DNA from: Schizochytrium sp. TIO01
Lineage: Eukaryota > Protista > Bigyra: Labyrinthulomycetes
Direction of reading: 5' to 3'
DNA: 64,000 nt
Assembly (NCBI GenBank): GCA_004764695.1
Contig: SMSO01000032.1
Coordinates: 3,628,483 to 3,692,482, forward strand
A program made the translations under genes and the position numbers. The notes below the pieces were generated by a model. The model saw only the letters and a program-made list of their open reading frames with translations, was not told where the DNA came from and did no database searches. This document shows positions 21,484 to 32,800 of this stretch, one piece after another (within the stretch, counting starts at the first letter, position 1; the number at the start of each line of letters is the position of its first letter).

Positions 21484-23225
21484 TGTGATGCCTTCACTTG
21501 TCTCCAAAATGACGATGCCTGTGTTTCATGGATATGGTCCTCTAATGCCGCTAGTGACTCTTTTTTTTTTTTTTTTTTTTTTTCAATTAAGCTAACTAAA
21601 ACGTTTATTTTATTACTCTGACTATAGATTAATTGACTCACTAGCTCACTCACTAACTAACATGGTACCATTCAGGCTAATCGTAGCGCTAAGGTGTCGT
21701 AGTCGCGGCTCAGCCGAGCCAAAACTGCGCAAGGCGAAGATTGCATCATCATCAGCTTAACTTCCTACTGAGAGTCACTCCTGAAGCCGCATCATAGGCA
21801 CGCACAGTTGGAGCTACAGAGACCAAGCAGTGGCAGCTGAAGCAGTTCGCACGCATGCGGGTCTGACGCTTGAAGGGAGGTGGAGCAGCTCAGCTGAAGC
21901 TGGCTGTGTTTGTTGTACGCATCGACGGCCGTGGCAGGAAGTCCGCAATGCTGGTATTAATTAATTAATTTATATTTATTTGCGAAGCCACATTTTGCAG
22001 CAGGCCTCTTCTCTCTAGCTAGGTACACTAAGTTATGATGAGGTGAATGGAACACGGAATGGCAATCAGTGCAGCGGGCTTGGGAGTCGGAGGCCTGCTG
22101 GTACTGGGCTGAAGTGAACTGGGAAAGGGTCTCCGAGCTGGGAGACTGACTGCGTTATAGCAAGCCATAACACTCGCTTCATTGGATACTATCACGACAG
22201 TAAGTACACTATGGGACTTAGCCTGATCCGCTATACTGACGGACCCGAAGCATTCCGTAGACTCTCAGAATAATATCGTATTTGTTTGCACAACTGAAAG
22301 CTTTCGTCTAGTATTCTAAGAGCTGTATGTACCTATTACAGCAATGTTGTCATTTGCTCTTATGCTTGTGCTTTATTACCAAGCAAAGTAAAAGGGTTAC
22401 TGGCGATAGCCTGAGCGCCAATACTAAAATGCTGGTATACTTTATACCGTTCGTAATCTCCTCATTTATAGGACCTTTGGTGAAAATAGCTAGTCAAAAT
22501 CTCGTCGAGATCGGTAAAAGACAATCGCAATCGCAAGTTAAATGAAACAGGAACTGTACAACATCCACAAAGGTTTGCATATTCTGCATTTGGGCTATAA
22601 GAATTCAACCCACGAGAGAATAGAGGATCGATCTGCTTCTTTGTTTTGAGCAAGTTGTTCACATGTATATACTTCCTCTGAAAATAAAACGAACGACATG
22701 TATAAAAGTGCAAAATGGATATGTTTTTCTGAGTCTGTTTGGCTCACTGGCAACCTTCGTGAATGTTCAATACAACTGCTTCTCACACCTAAACGTAATA
22801 CAATCTCATTGATTAGCTACCACTCTGCTTATTGACCTTTTCATACAATCTGGTTAGCATTATCTATCGAATCGTTTGATGGTTCAATTCCGATTGTGTT
22901 GTTTTTAATCCCAACAAGGCGGTCCTTATCGAGTTCCACTCCCAGAGATACTATTATATTTTTGAAGCAGCTCCAGAGAACTTTATAGTATCACTAGTGG
23001 TAGTAGGAGTAGTAGTAATTAATTAGGTGCTAGCTAGCACTATCAGTGGGTTTTGCAATGAACCTAACTACTACTTCTGCAAATAGATACAACACCAAGA
23101 GCGAAAGAAGCCATACGCACAAGAGAGCACGCCTCCCTGGTCTCTTCAGAAGAAGGCATTGCCAGTCACATTGCAAGGTCGCTCCTCGCTTTACACCAAG
23201 CTCCCACTTCGAATCTCACACCACC

Positions 23226-24701
23226 ATGAGCAACAGGGCAACTGACCAACAGAAAGCGCACCCAAAACAGCTTACTCTACGATTAAGACTGCGCACCAAA
23301 GAAGAGGAAGCGGCAGAACAAAGTAAGAAACGAAAACGACTAGAGGAAAGCCGCAGCGTAGAGAAGGACCAAGACGTAGAGGATCTTGATACTGGGGTAG
23401 AAATCATTGAAACAAAATCTAAACGCCCGAAAAAAATCGTATCCTCAGAAACACCTCCTCCAAACAGTATTACGAGTAGTACAACGAGTCAGGTACCTCC
23501 TGGAGTAGACCCTGAAATCTTTGCCCAACTCCCTCAGGAGTTGCGTCAAGAGCTCCTCCGAGAGCACCTTAGCCAAGCATTGTCAGGCGACTCAACACAA
23601 GCCACTGGACCTGAATTTGCTGCAGCTGTCTTTTCGTCATTAGCATCCTCACTAGTCTCTTCTGCAGTGAAGTCTTCATCTTCGTCATCTTCATCGCTTG
23701 CTTCCGCATTGGTACAAAACGCAATAGATCTTGCCTCCGAAGTGGAAGAGAACATGTCAGTTATGAACCATGGCAAACTAGTTTTCATGACCTACAATGT
23801 ATGGTTTGCTGAGGAGGTTGCGCTGCAACAGCGCATGCGAGCAATTGTGCAAAACATCAAAAAGTACCAGCCCACTTTTATTGGTTTACAGGAGGTTACA
23901 CCCAGTATTATTCGCATGCTTGCCAAACCTTTGCGGGCTCTCAAGTATGATGTTAAGATCCAAGGTGCTGCCAAACAGCCCTATTTCGTTGTCTTGGCGA
24001 CTCGCCACCGCTTCAAGTGGTGCAAAGATCGTTCCTTTCAGAGAACTCAAATGGGCCGTGGGCTCTTATTTGGTGCAGTTGAATGCCCAGAGGGACCCAC
24101 AGTCATTGTCGGTACAACACATCTCGAATCTGCGGTACCACCTTTCCATGGACCATCTATGAATACAACTGCTCGAACGGACCAACTTGAAGAGTGCCTC
24201 ACGCGAATCCAAAACGCACGAGAGGATGAGAATAATCCAGAAAATGTAATATCTGTACTCATGGGCGACCTCAATTGGAACGAAGGAGGACGCCCATACA
24301 AGCGCCAGCCTTCAAAGCTTACCAAGGTCATTGATGGTCCACTACCTCTACCTGAAGGTTGGGTCGATACCTGGTCGCATCTCCACCCCAAGGTCCCTTT
24401 CGAGGACGCATGTACCTACGATGGCCCTGGAAACCCTATGCTAGCTAACTCCACATGTTTTCGACCTGATAGAATCCTGCTCCATGCTCCTGCAAAGTTC
24501 ATGCTGAATAAAAAAGCTCAAAAAAGCCAAGACAAAGATGAGTCACATGTGACCACTCCTTCTCTGCAGCTGCAGACTGTAGAGAGGATTGGCACAGACC
24601 CGATTCCAGACGCCTCTCACGAACGCAACGGACGAGAGCTCCCGGTCCTCCCGAGCGACCACTACGGCGTGCTTGCCTCTTTTAAGCTCACGAAGGTCTA
24701 A
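23226..24701 (+). CDS. TDP2: Tyrosyl-DNA phosphodiesterase 2-like (EEP fold) with an N-terminal UBM-type ubiquitin-binding motif
   Basis: EEP motifs TYNVWF, GLQEVT, TTHLES, MGDLNW, DRI and PSDHYG, plus the TDP2-typical MGRGLL. There is an NLS (KKRKR) and a UBM-like VPPGVDPEIFAQLPQELRQELL. The ATG at 23226 has CACCATG context; an alternative in-frame ATG lies at 23058. Confidence 0.85.
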   Translation: MSNRATDQQKAHPKQLTLRLRLRTKEEEAAEQSKKRKRLEESRSVEKDQDVEDLDTGVEIIETKSKRPKKIVSSETPPPNSITSSTTSQVPPGVDPEIFAQLPQELRQELLREHLSQALSGDSTQATGPEFAAAVFSSLASSLVSSAVKSSSSSSSSLASALVQNAIDLASEVEENMSVMNHGKLVFMTYNVWFAEEVALQQRMRAIVQNIKKYQPTFIGLQEVTPSIIRMLAKPLRALKYDVKIQGAAKQPYFVVLATRHRFKWCKDRSFQRTQMGRGLLFGAVECPEGPTVIVGTTHLESAVPPFHGPSMNTTARTDQLEECLTRIQNAREDENNPENVISVLMGDLNWNEGGRPYKRQPSKLTKVIDGPLPLPEGWVDTWSHLHPKVPFEDACTYDGPGNPMLANSTCFRPDRILLHAPAKFMLNKKAQKSQDKDESHVTTPSLQLQTVERIGTDPIPDASHERNGRELPVLPSDHYGVLASFKLTKV

Positions 24702-25011
24702 TCGAAGTAGCTCTGCACGGCAAGACGCTCAGCGGATTTATTTGGCCACAATTGCTCACAACAGCAACAGCACGCCACTAACTTTGACTATAACAGACGA
24801 CAAGTCGTGAGCCAAAGCAATCAAAGTGATCAGGTCTGGCTGAGGTGGATAGATAGTCTCACACATAGATATCTTCTGCATCAGCTCAGGTCGAAGACCA
24901 TTTTATTACAAAATAGATACATATATATATATATATATATATAATATATATGTACAACAATCAAGAAAAGATTTCCAAACGAAGTGATTTGTAGACGCAA
25001 AGATAGAGACC

Positions 25012-26127
25012 ATGGAAAAGAAAATGATGTCAATGTCATGGAAACTGCAGGATGCCCATGTGCATCTATATGAGCCTCATCAAGCGAATAAAGACCCTTT
25101 CCAAGCGCTTCCCCGAGACCTCGTCCCAGACGGCGAAGTACTTAATGGAACAGCGCCAGATGATTGGGACGACGTCATTAGCGCTGCGCATGCGCACCCA
25201 GGGCATGTACATGGCGGAATTGGTATTCACCCATGGAGGTTACATGAGTTCCAAGAAAATTGGCTTGTTGAGCTTGAGGACAAGCTCATAGCCCACCCTT
25301 ATCTTCACGTAGGAGAGATAGGGCTTGATGGTGCATGGAAACCGCCTGCACCTGCAATTAAAGAACAACCTCATAACGACAAAAATCTCATGACCTTCTT
25401 TACAGACCTACAACAACGAGTTTTCAAACACCAATTCCAGCTTGCTGTACGCCTCCAGAGATCAGTGTCTATACACTGTGTAAAATCATTTCAATTCTTA
25501 ATAGATTACATAATACAATGCGCACAGAGAAGCGACAAGCTTCCTACGCAGATCCTTTTGCATTCGTGGTTGGGCAGTGCAGAGAGCCTAAGCCAGCTTT
25601 TATCTAACCCCAAATTGGCGCCTCTCATTCGTATTGGGACATCAGCGCATGTTAATGCTCGTTCCCTTTTCCGCTTCACCCTCGACAGTAATAGCTGCTG
25701 TGACCCGTCTCAGGAGGTTAAAAATAAGTTTCAAGAAAATCCAACAATGCGAATAGTAGCTATCACCTGGAGGCTTCAGGATGGGGCGAAGATAAGTGAT
25801 CTATGGGATCTCCAGAACCCCCCGCAATGGTACCAACCTTCATCAGGGAAGATCACAACTACACCTTGGAGAGAAGATGCTCCAAAGGCTTGGCAAAAGT
25901 TCTGTCAACGCCTTAATAGAAGCCGTGGACGTCTTGCCATTGAAACTGATATGTCTGGCCGATCATGTCCAGACAAAAGAGCTGCATACTTAGCTTTAGG
26001 CCAGCAGATTGCCTACGATGCGTTCTCTGTCTCGCTAATGGAGGATATTTCGGCAGCGCACACCCTAAATGCAAATGATTTATTTGCGAGCTATTGCATC
26101 AATTCTGTTGAGCCGCAACCACTGTAA
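25012..26127 (+). CDS. TatD-family metallo-nuclease (amidohydrolase fold)
   Basis: Motifs DAHVHL, GIHPW, VGEIGLD, SIHC, LHSW and IETD occur in the canonical order. Confidence 0.85.
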   Translation: MEKKMMSMSWKLQDAHVHLYEPHQANKDPFQALPRDLVPDGEVLNGTAPDDWDDVISAAHAHPGHVHGGIGIHPWRLHEFQENWLVELEDKLIAHPYLHVGEIGLDGAWKPPAPAIKEQPHNDKNLMTFFTDLQQRVFKHQFQLAVRLQRSVSIHCVKSFQFLIDYIIQCAQRSDKLPTQILLHSWLGSAESLSQLLSNPKLAPLIRIGTSAHVNARSLFRFTLDSNSCCDPSQEVKNKFQENPTMRIVAITWRLQDGAKISDLWDLQNPPQWYQPSSGKITTTPWREDAPKAWQKFCQRLNRSRGRLAIETDMSGRSCPDKRAAYLALGQQIAYDAFSVSLMEDISAAHTLNANDLFASYCINSVEPQPL

Positions 26128-27223
26128 AACTCGAAGATCCTCCACGCGAAATCATATTTGCCACGCCAGACGAACTAATCCTGCTGACAACCTTTTGCAC
26201 AGGGACAACACTGGCTTTTTTTATTGTTCGAGTCGCGCGCGAAAACCAATCACCAGCCTTGGTTTTTTCAAAATAGCCCACGATATCGCGGGTCATCCAC
26301 ACCAACATTAAGTAACTCGACATTGAAATTACCTCATTTAGTGGACATTCCATATTAGGTTGAAGAATTTGTGTAGCCAGGATCGATGCCGTGCTTAATA
26401 AAATATATAATATCACAAACTTAGTGATTCCATGAACAAGTGTCCTTAATTTTACAATCGAAGATTCACGTGTATCATCACTAAGGGAGGTTACAGTCAT
26501 GGATACCATCACGCTATATTTGTACCCAAATGCTGCTACAAAGATCACAGCCACCATCTGAACCATGGACAAGACAATGCGTAATGTCTCGCTTTCGTCT
26601 AAATAAAACCAATGAACAATTAAAAAAGTGATGACTGCGATTGCATAAGCATATGAAGCTATACGCAACGTTAAATAAGACCTGAACAGGGATGCAAAGC
26701 TAACGATTTGAATAAGGTCCAGCCAAAGAAATTGGATGCAAACCACACTTGCTATTATAAATCCAAACACGAAAAACTGATATATAAACTTGCCAGAATG
26801 GATAAGGTTTGCTGTCAACGCACTTGAACCTTCCTCGAGATATTCAGAGCATGCTTCACTCTCGCTTGACCTTATCGCGCCTGACGCCTCAGCAATAGAA
26901 ACAGTTTGCATAAGCAATGCTGCACAATCATTTATAAACATTGTAGCAAGGGCGCAATGTATGCACAAAAGACATAACGTTCGACGATATACTACGCAAT
27001 TTGATGTAAATAATGTGAATAGGCTTTCGTTATGTAAGAATCGTGTGACTGCGATGGCCCGGCGCCAAACAGGTATAATGGCCAAAAATAAAGCTAATAT
27101 GCGGAAAGCATCACTCACAGCGTAATACTTGATCATATACTCACACTCAAGGTCTGTGATAGTATTGTTGCTCGAAATCAGGTGCTCGCCGTGAATCCAC
27201 TCCTCAATTAGATAAATGCACAT
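26099..27223 (-). CDS. Seven-transmembrane, GPCR-like membrane protein of unknown function
   Basis: Seven hydrophobic segments are visible, with FLWLD at the end of TM3 and a Ser/Thr-rich basic tail. The first ATG (GCCATG) is at 27223, but the frame stays open to 27334. Confidence 0.7.
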   Translation of the reverse strand: MCIYLIEEWIHGEHLISSNNTITDLECEYMIKYYAVSDAFRILALFLAIIPVWRRAIAVTRFLHNESLFTLFTSNCVVYRRTLCLLCIHCALATMFINDCAALLMQTVSIAEASGAIRSSESEACSEYLEEGSSALTANLIHSGKFIYQFFVFGFIIASVVCIQFLWLDLIQIVSFASLFRSYLTLRIASYAYAIAVITFLIVHWFYLDESETLRIVLSMVQMVAVIFVAAFGYKYSVMVSMTVTSLSDDTRESSIVKLRTLVHGITKFVILYILLSTASILATQILQPNMECPLNEVISMSSYLMLVWMTRDIVGYFEKTKAGDWFSRATRTIKKASVVPVQKVVSRISSSGVANMISRGGSSSFTVVAAQQN

Positions 27224-28676
27224 GGCGCTGACTTGGTGTCTGCCACCACGGCAGCACCAACTAGCCAACGCCTTCCCCTCGCAACCAGTTACTCGGCAAT
27301 CAAGAACCCGTCTTGCCTTTCCGCTCTGTCCAGACTATGAAACTCCATGCAAGAGAATAGGGTTCTCTGAGTAAACGCATTTACTGCTCCTGAACCTTTT
27401 GAACCTTTTAAATCGTGTGTTCAACATCAATTTCTTTCTCCATGTAGGAACCTAATACAGTCCGATTTCGTATACTCAATCTATTTGCCTATGATTTAAA
27501 AAATTTCATGCTGACACTTTCTTTCGCAAAGCAAATTCCCATTTTACATATCATTAATTAGTCGTTTTCTTTCCAGGCTAATAGCTCCCCTTCAACGTTT
27601 CTGCAAAAAAAAAAAATTCGGCCCGGTACTCAACGGATCTTTCTAGGCACAATAAAATTAGACTTGGATTTTGAAAAGAAGCACCTTGCGAAGTTCCCGC
27701 TGTGGATATGTTTTGTTCTGCAAAGTATACGCGTGCAGGTCTGTGCGATGCACCCAACAAGAGTGGGGATTTGAGGGATTTGATGTCGGCCATCAACTTG
27801 GTGTTGGTAATTCCTGAAACATCGGAAACTCTAGGACGAGTACGACCAGATGAGGCCGTAATCTTTTAAAATGTATAAGGAATCTAAAATATCTTGACCT
27901 TGACAAGACAAGCAACGTGAATTTATGTCTAATCGAAAGACTGATAATCAGACAAGAGTTGACAAGAAAACTTATCGCCATGACGCTGGTACAATCCTAA
28001 GTGGAAAGATCATTTGTTCAGTAATTTATTCGTACTTTCTACTCCTTCCACATTGATCAAATTTAAGTATATATACCAACGAAGGCTTCGCCATATCATA
28101 TGATGTCCTAGATCACATAGCTCTTGGCCATTAAACCTTGTATCCAATCCAAGTGGTATAATCCCATTTCCATTTGACCTCTTACCTTACATTTTTGTAG
28201 TTTATACAACTATCTCGTTTTATTTGGGGGAGACATACGATATTCCTATTATGCTTTAATCTATATGTAGGACTTGCTGATTAACCAAAAGCAAGCAAGT
28301 GCGTGGGTCATGCTGCCAACAATTTGAGCTGCTCCTTAGCAGGGTCCTTAGCTGAGGGTTACCTACTTGTAACGGCTCTCACACAAGCGCTGGCTGCCAT
28401 ACTTTACTTTTATAAGAGTCAATTGCGGCGTTCGTGTTTTGATGAGTGCTTAGTACTCTGACGCAAGCGATAGCCTCGCCCAGTTGCATTTTCTTCTTTA
28501 CTTGATACAAGGCTCTGCCAGATCGATGAATTTGCTGTATTGTGTTTTTTACTTCTTCGATTGATTGGCTGGTTCAGTGCTCACTCTAACGGAAAAAAAT
28601 ATAAAGCGAGGAAACACTGCTCTGGGACGATGAAAGACGAGGATTTTGGGCTCGCTCTACTGCGAGGAAGGTCTTG

Positions 28677-29456
28677 ATGAAAGCAAACCCAATACATAGC
28701 AAGCTGGGTTTGGGAGGCAAATTTAGGATGAAGGCCGAAAGCCTTGCGGAGAAACGTCGACGTCGATTGGCTGTTGTAGCAGCGCATCGGGCGGCAGCCA
28801 AAGCTCGGTATCCAGATCGCTTCACCCCAGATCACATAGAGTCCCTTGGGATCTTGGCGAAACAGGCATTGGGTTCTTCAGGAGCTGCGCCGTGCTCTGC
28901 TGCCCAAACGCTGCTTCTTACGGCTTCAGAAAGAACGGAACTTCAAGAATTGCAAACCAAAATTGACTTTCAACAGAAACAATACCTCAAACCGTCTACA
29001 AGAGATCTTGTTCAAGCACTTCGCGACAGCTGCCCACTACCCTCACTCCCGGGTCTCATCAGCGAAGAGGATTCACAGGAACCTGAAGAGGGCGATTCTA
29101 TGCTTGAATTACTTGCGCAAACTAATGTATTGCAATTGAAAAGTGCCTTTATAGATATTGATGAAACTGGTAACATGGAGAACGATAACAACTTTCAAAA
29201 CATGTATTCCAATATCTTCTCTGAGTCTATGAAAACCTTGCAACACGAAGATGACGACCTCGAGGAAATTGATCTCGGGGCAAGTGTCACCGTTGGAGGC
29301 CGCTTGAGTAGTGTAAGGTGTTCCAACATAATCATGAACGGAGTTGAGAAGGAGGAGGATGAGGAAAGGCCAAGACCTGGGTTATTAGTGGATAACTTTT
29401 GTTTGGGCGAGGACGACGAAGATTCGGACAGTGGTGACGAGAAGCTTTATCCATAA
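28677..29456 (+). CDS. Hypothetical protein (basic helical N-terminus, acidic C-terminus)
   Basis: A 259-codon ORF with protein-like composition flanked by AT-rich non-coding DNA. No family was recognised. Confidence 0.65.
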   Translation: MKANPIHSKLGLGGKFRMKAESLAEKRRRRLAVVAAHRAAAKARYPDRFTPDHIESLGILAKQALGSSGAAPCSAAQTLLLTASERTELQELQTKIDFQQKQYLKPSTRDLVQALRDSCPLPSLPGLISEEDSQEPEEGDSMLELLAQTNVLQLKSAFIDIDETGNMENDNNFQNMYSNIFSESMKTLQHEDDDLEEIDLGASVTVGGRLSSVRCSNIIMNGVEKEEDEERPRPGLLVDNFCLGEDDEDSDSGDEKLYP

Positions 29457-29883
29457 GTGTCCCGTTTGTCCACTTTTCGTTTCTGAAGATTAAGAGTAAG
29501 AGGTGGTGTACATGTCACAGAACAGCCTGATGAATGTCGTTGTGCTTTTCTTATGCTCTAAAACTTCGGAACTGGATGTATTTTATTTTAAAAAAATAAT
29601 GAACGTATCATACGTACGAGGCATGATGAGTTGAACTTGATCGAATTTCTCAACCCTTCCCTTAAGTAGATTTAAAAAATAAACAAATTAAAATTAGACT
29701 TGAAACAGAACTTCATCAATTTAGAGTATATACATTAACTTGTCCGTGAATGTGCCATCCCCAACTTTGTGAGGAATCAAGCTCAGAGGAATAATGAACC
29801 AATGAACCACACCGCCTTTCTTGAACTAGAATCTAGTACAAACAAACACGATGAAATGGTTCTTACTTTATCTTCGCTGGTTT

Positions 29884-32800
29884 TCAGCGCTTCCCACGAT
29901 TATGCAAGTCGTACGAGTTCAAGAAAAGATTGAATCTAGAACTAGAGCCACTGGAATTTGTTGTCTCCTCATGGCCACTCGTAGAACCATTTGAATGTTG
30001 CTGGTGCTGATGTTGCTGGTACTGTTGTTGCTGTGAGTTGTGAGCATGATGAGCCTTGTGATCACGCCCGCCACCGAGGAGTCGCGAAACGCGGGAACGA
30101 AGTTGACTTTCCTTTCCTTGACGACGCGCGCGAGGTGAAGACGCTTTAGACTCTTCTTCCAAAGTACTGGAATGACTTCCTACTGAAGACGCATCTGATG
30201 GGCGCCGCAGATCAGCTACGCTTTGGCCCGGTTGTCTTTGCAAGTGGTAATGGCCAGTTCCTCTTTGTGGAGACAGGGGTCCTTGTTGATCTACATAATT
30301 CAATGGGATACCCTGGTCGTAACTGTTAGTCTGTCCTTGCATGAGGCCTTGACTTTGTCCTTGTGATTGTGCTTGTGCTTGTGCGTGCGAGCTGTTCGTG
30401 GATACTTTGCCTTCATGAATTCGCAAGATTCTCTCTTCGTACGCTTCTATACGACGATTTCGCCGCTCAATCTTTGCTTCTTGCAGCTCTACAAGTTGAC
30501 GAAGGTGCTCGACTTCATCTCGTAAAGATTCTACTTCTTGAATATCTCCATTATCGTGTTGTGCGTCATCTTCCATGTCCTTTACCTCAAAGCTTGCTAG
30601 AGACTGTATGAGCTCAGATTGACACCTATTCGCCAACTGAAGTTTCTCGTGAAGATCTCGGCGTGCGGCCTCCTCCTCTTGTCGAAGAGTTGAAATCTTC
30701 TGATGAAATTCTACAGATGTCTTGTCTAAAGCAGACTCCAGAGTCTGTTTGCAATTGATCAGATGTTCCTCTGCTTGAAGTTTATCTTCTTTGAGCTGAA
30801 GAATGTCCTGGGCCAAATGAGAGTCTTTACGACCGTTTGGCAAGCTTGCACGTTGCTCAGCAGCTACTAGCTCTTGTACAACGCGATCTAAGCGTCTTGA
30901 TGCTTCTGATACCGCAGAATAATGTTCATCGCGAATGCTGATTAAGCGAAGACGGATCCCCATAGCAAGTTCTTCCGATTGAGTTTTGAATGAATTGACA
31001 TCTGTGGTTGCCTTTTCACAAATCTCGTGTTGTTGTTCGAGACTTTTATTGAGACTTGCAACAATATGGTCATAGCGCTCACGCTGTGAGTCTTCCATTG
31101 CCCCACTCTTGCTGCACTGCCTCTTGATGTCGGCAATCGTGTTCTCTTTTGATTTCACACTAGATACAAACTTATTCACTGCTCCCAGAAGATCAGCGCA
31201 CGGCTTCTCAAGCACCTTAATTTCACTTAAGAGAGAAGTTTGAATTGCCCGAGCCTTTGCCTTGACATGTTCGTTTCGCTCCCACACTTGAGCTTCAAGA
31301 ACTGCCTTCTCGCCTTGTAGATGTTTAATTTCATCATGTAAAGCGCGTGTAACATCTACCAACTTGTGCTGTTGAGACTCCTGCAGCTCTTGTACAGAAG
31401 CAACGCGCTTATGTGCTTCAGCATCTCGAGCAGCTTGAGCCACTGCACAATTGTTGACAGCAGATTCAAGATCGGCCTTGAGCTTGCTTATGCGCTCATG
31501 GGCAGAGAGATTCTCCGAATCAGCATCAGCAAGGGCGTCAACATACTTTTGTAGAGTAGCGGCATTTTCTTCATTCTCCCGGAGATGCTCTTGTTTTAGT
31601 GTCATAATCTCAATTTCGAGATTTCGATTCATCTCCTTGGATTTGTGAAGCTCTTCCTTGATGCTCTCAATGTGGTCTTTATAACGCTGCGTTACATTCT
31701 GAGACTCGCATAGCACAGTCGCCATTTTTGCAGCCTCAGCGGTACCCAGCGCAGCAAGGTCTATCTGAGCCTGCTTGCTAATTGTATTCATCTCTGCTTG
31801 AACATGACTTAGTTCATGTTGAGTATGCAAAAGCTTCTGCTCCAACTCTTTAATCAACATTGACTTCTCGGCATCGACTTTACGCATTTCCTGCTGCAAG
31901 TTTGTCTCTCGGCCAGCATACTCATTGCAAAGCCGTTGGCTTTCTGAAAGAGAACTCTGAAGGGAACGATTTTGCTCATGTACGTCGTCATATCGACTGG
32001 TCATTTCCTTGACTTGCACATCCAAACTTCGAGCTCGCTCAACTTGGGCCCGGCAGTCGTATTCCAAGCCACGTAATTCCTGTTGTAGACGGGCAATCTC
32101 TTTTTCCTGTGCTTCTTGTTGAGTTGAATAATCAGATCCTAGACTGTCTAACTTAACGCAATACTCCTTATTCAGCTCTTGCGCTTTAGCAAGCGATTGC
32201 TGTAGTTCCAAAATTTGATTGTATTGTTGCGTGTGAAAGTCGTTCTGCTGGTTCACCTTCTGACCAACTTCAACCAATTTATCAGCGTAATCACGATTAA
32301 GTTGGTGTGCAGATTCCAGCGAGGCTTGCATTTCACGCAACTGCCCATATTTTTCTCCGTCAGCTCGTCGGCGTTCTTCAACCTCGCCTTGTAGCGCGTC
32401 AATCGCTTGTGCTTGATCCCCATTTCGCTTTTTAGCAGCCTGAAGACTTGCTGCAAGTTCTGAATTTTCCTTCAGAAGAGACTTCACTTGGCCATTTAGA
32501 TCCTGCTCTTTCTTTTGCAGTTGCTCTCTCATCTGCTGCAATTCTGTGGCGTCACTCGTGGAGCGAGCTTTGAGGTCAGCCATTTCTAATTCAAGTGACT
32601 TGACGTAGCCCTCTTGTTCTTGATTTTGATTTCGCGCTGCTTGAAAATTAGATATCAAGCTTGCGTGCTTTTCTTGTAGTACCGCAAGTTGATCTTGTAA
32701 ATCGAGAGCTTTTCGTTGAAAATTCTCAGAGGCGCTTTGCTCTTTTTGCAAATGTTCTTCCAAAGCACGAATTTTTGAGGCATTTCCCGAACCGTGGAGT

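Noticed and set aside
14248-22786. Numerous 60-170 aa ORFs in the first desert
   Set aside because: They are translations of microsatellites (FVCL, YIHT, FIHS, LVLV runs) or GC-rich stop-poor patches, with no domain motifs or consistent codon bias.
22844-22897. GGTTCAATTCC B-box/T-loop-like word with ACAATC/GATTGT flanking pairing, a possible tRNA
   Set aside because: The T-stem does not pair beyond 2-3 bp, the span is only ~54 nt, and there is no D arm or anticodon arm.
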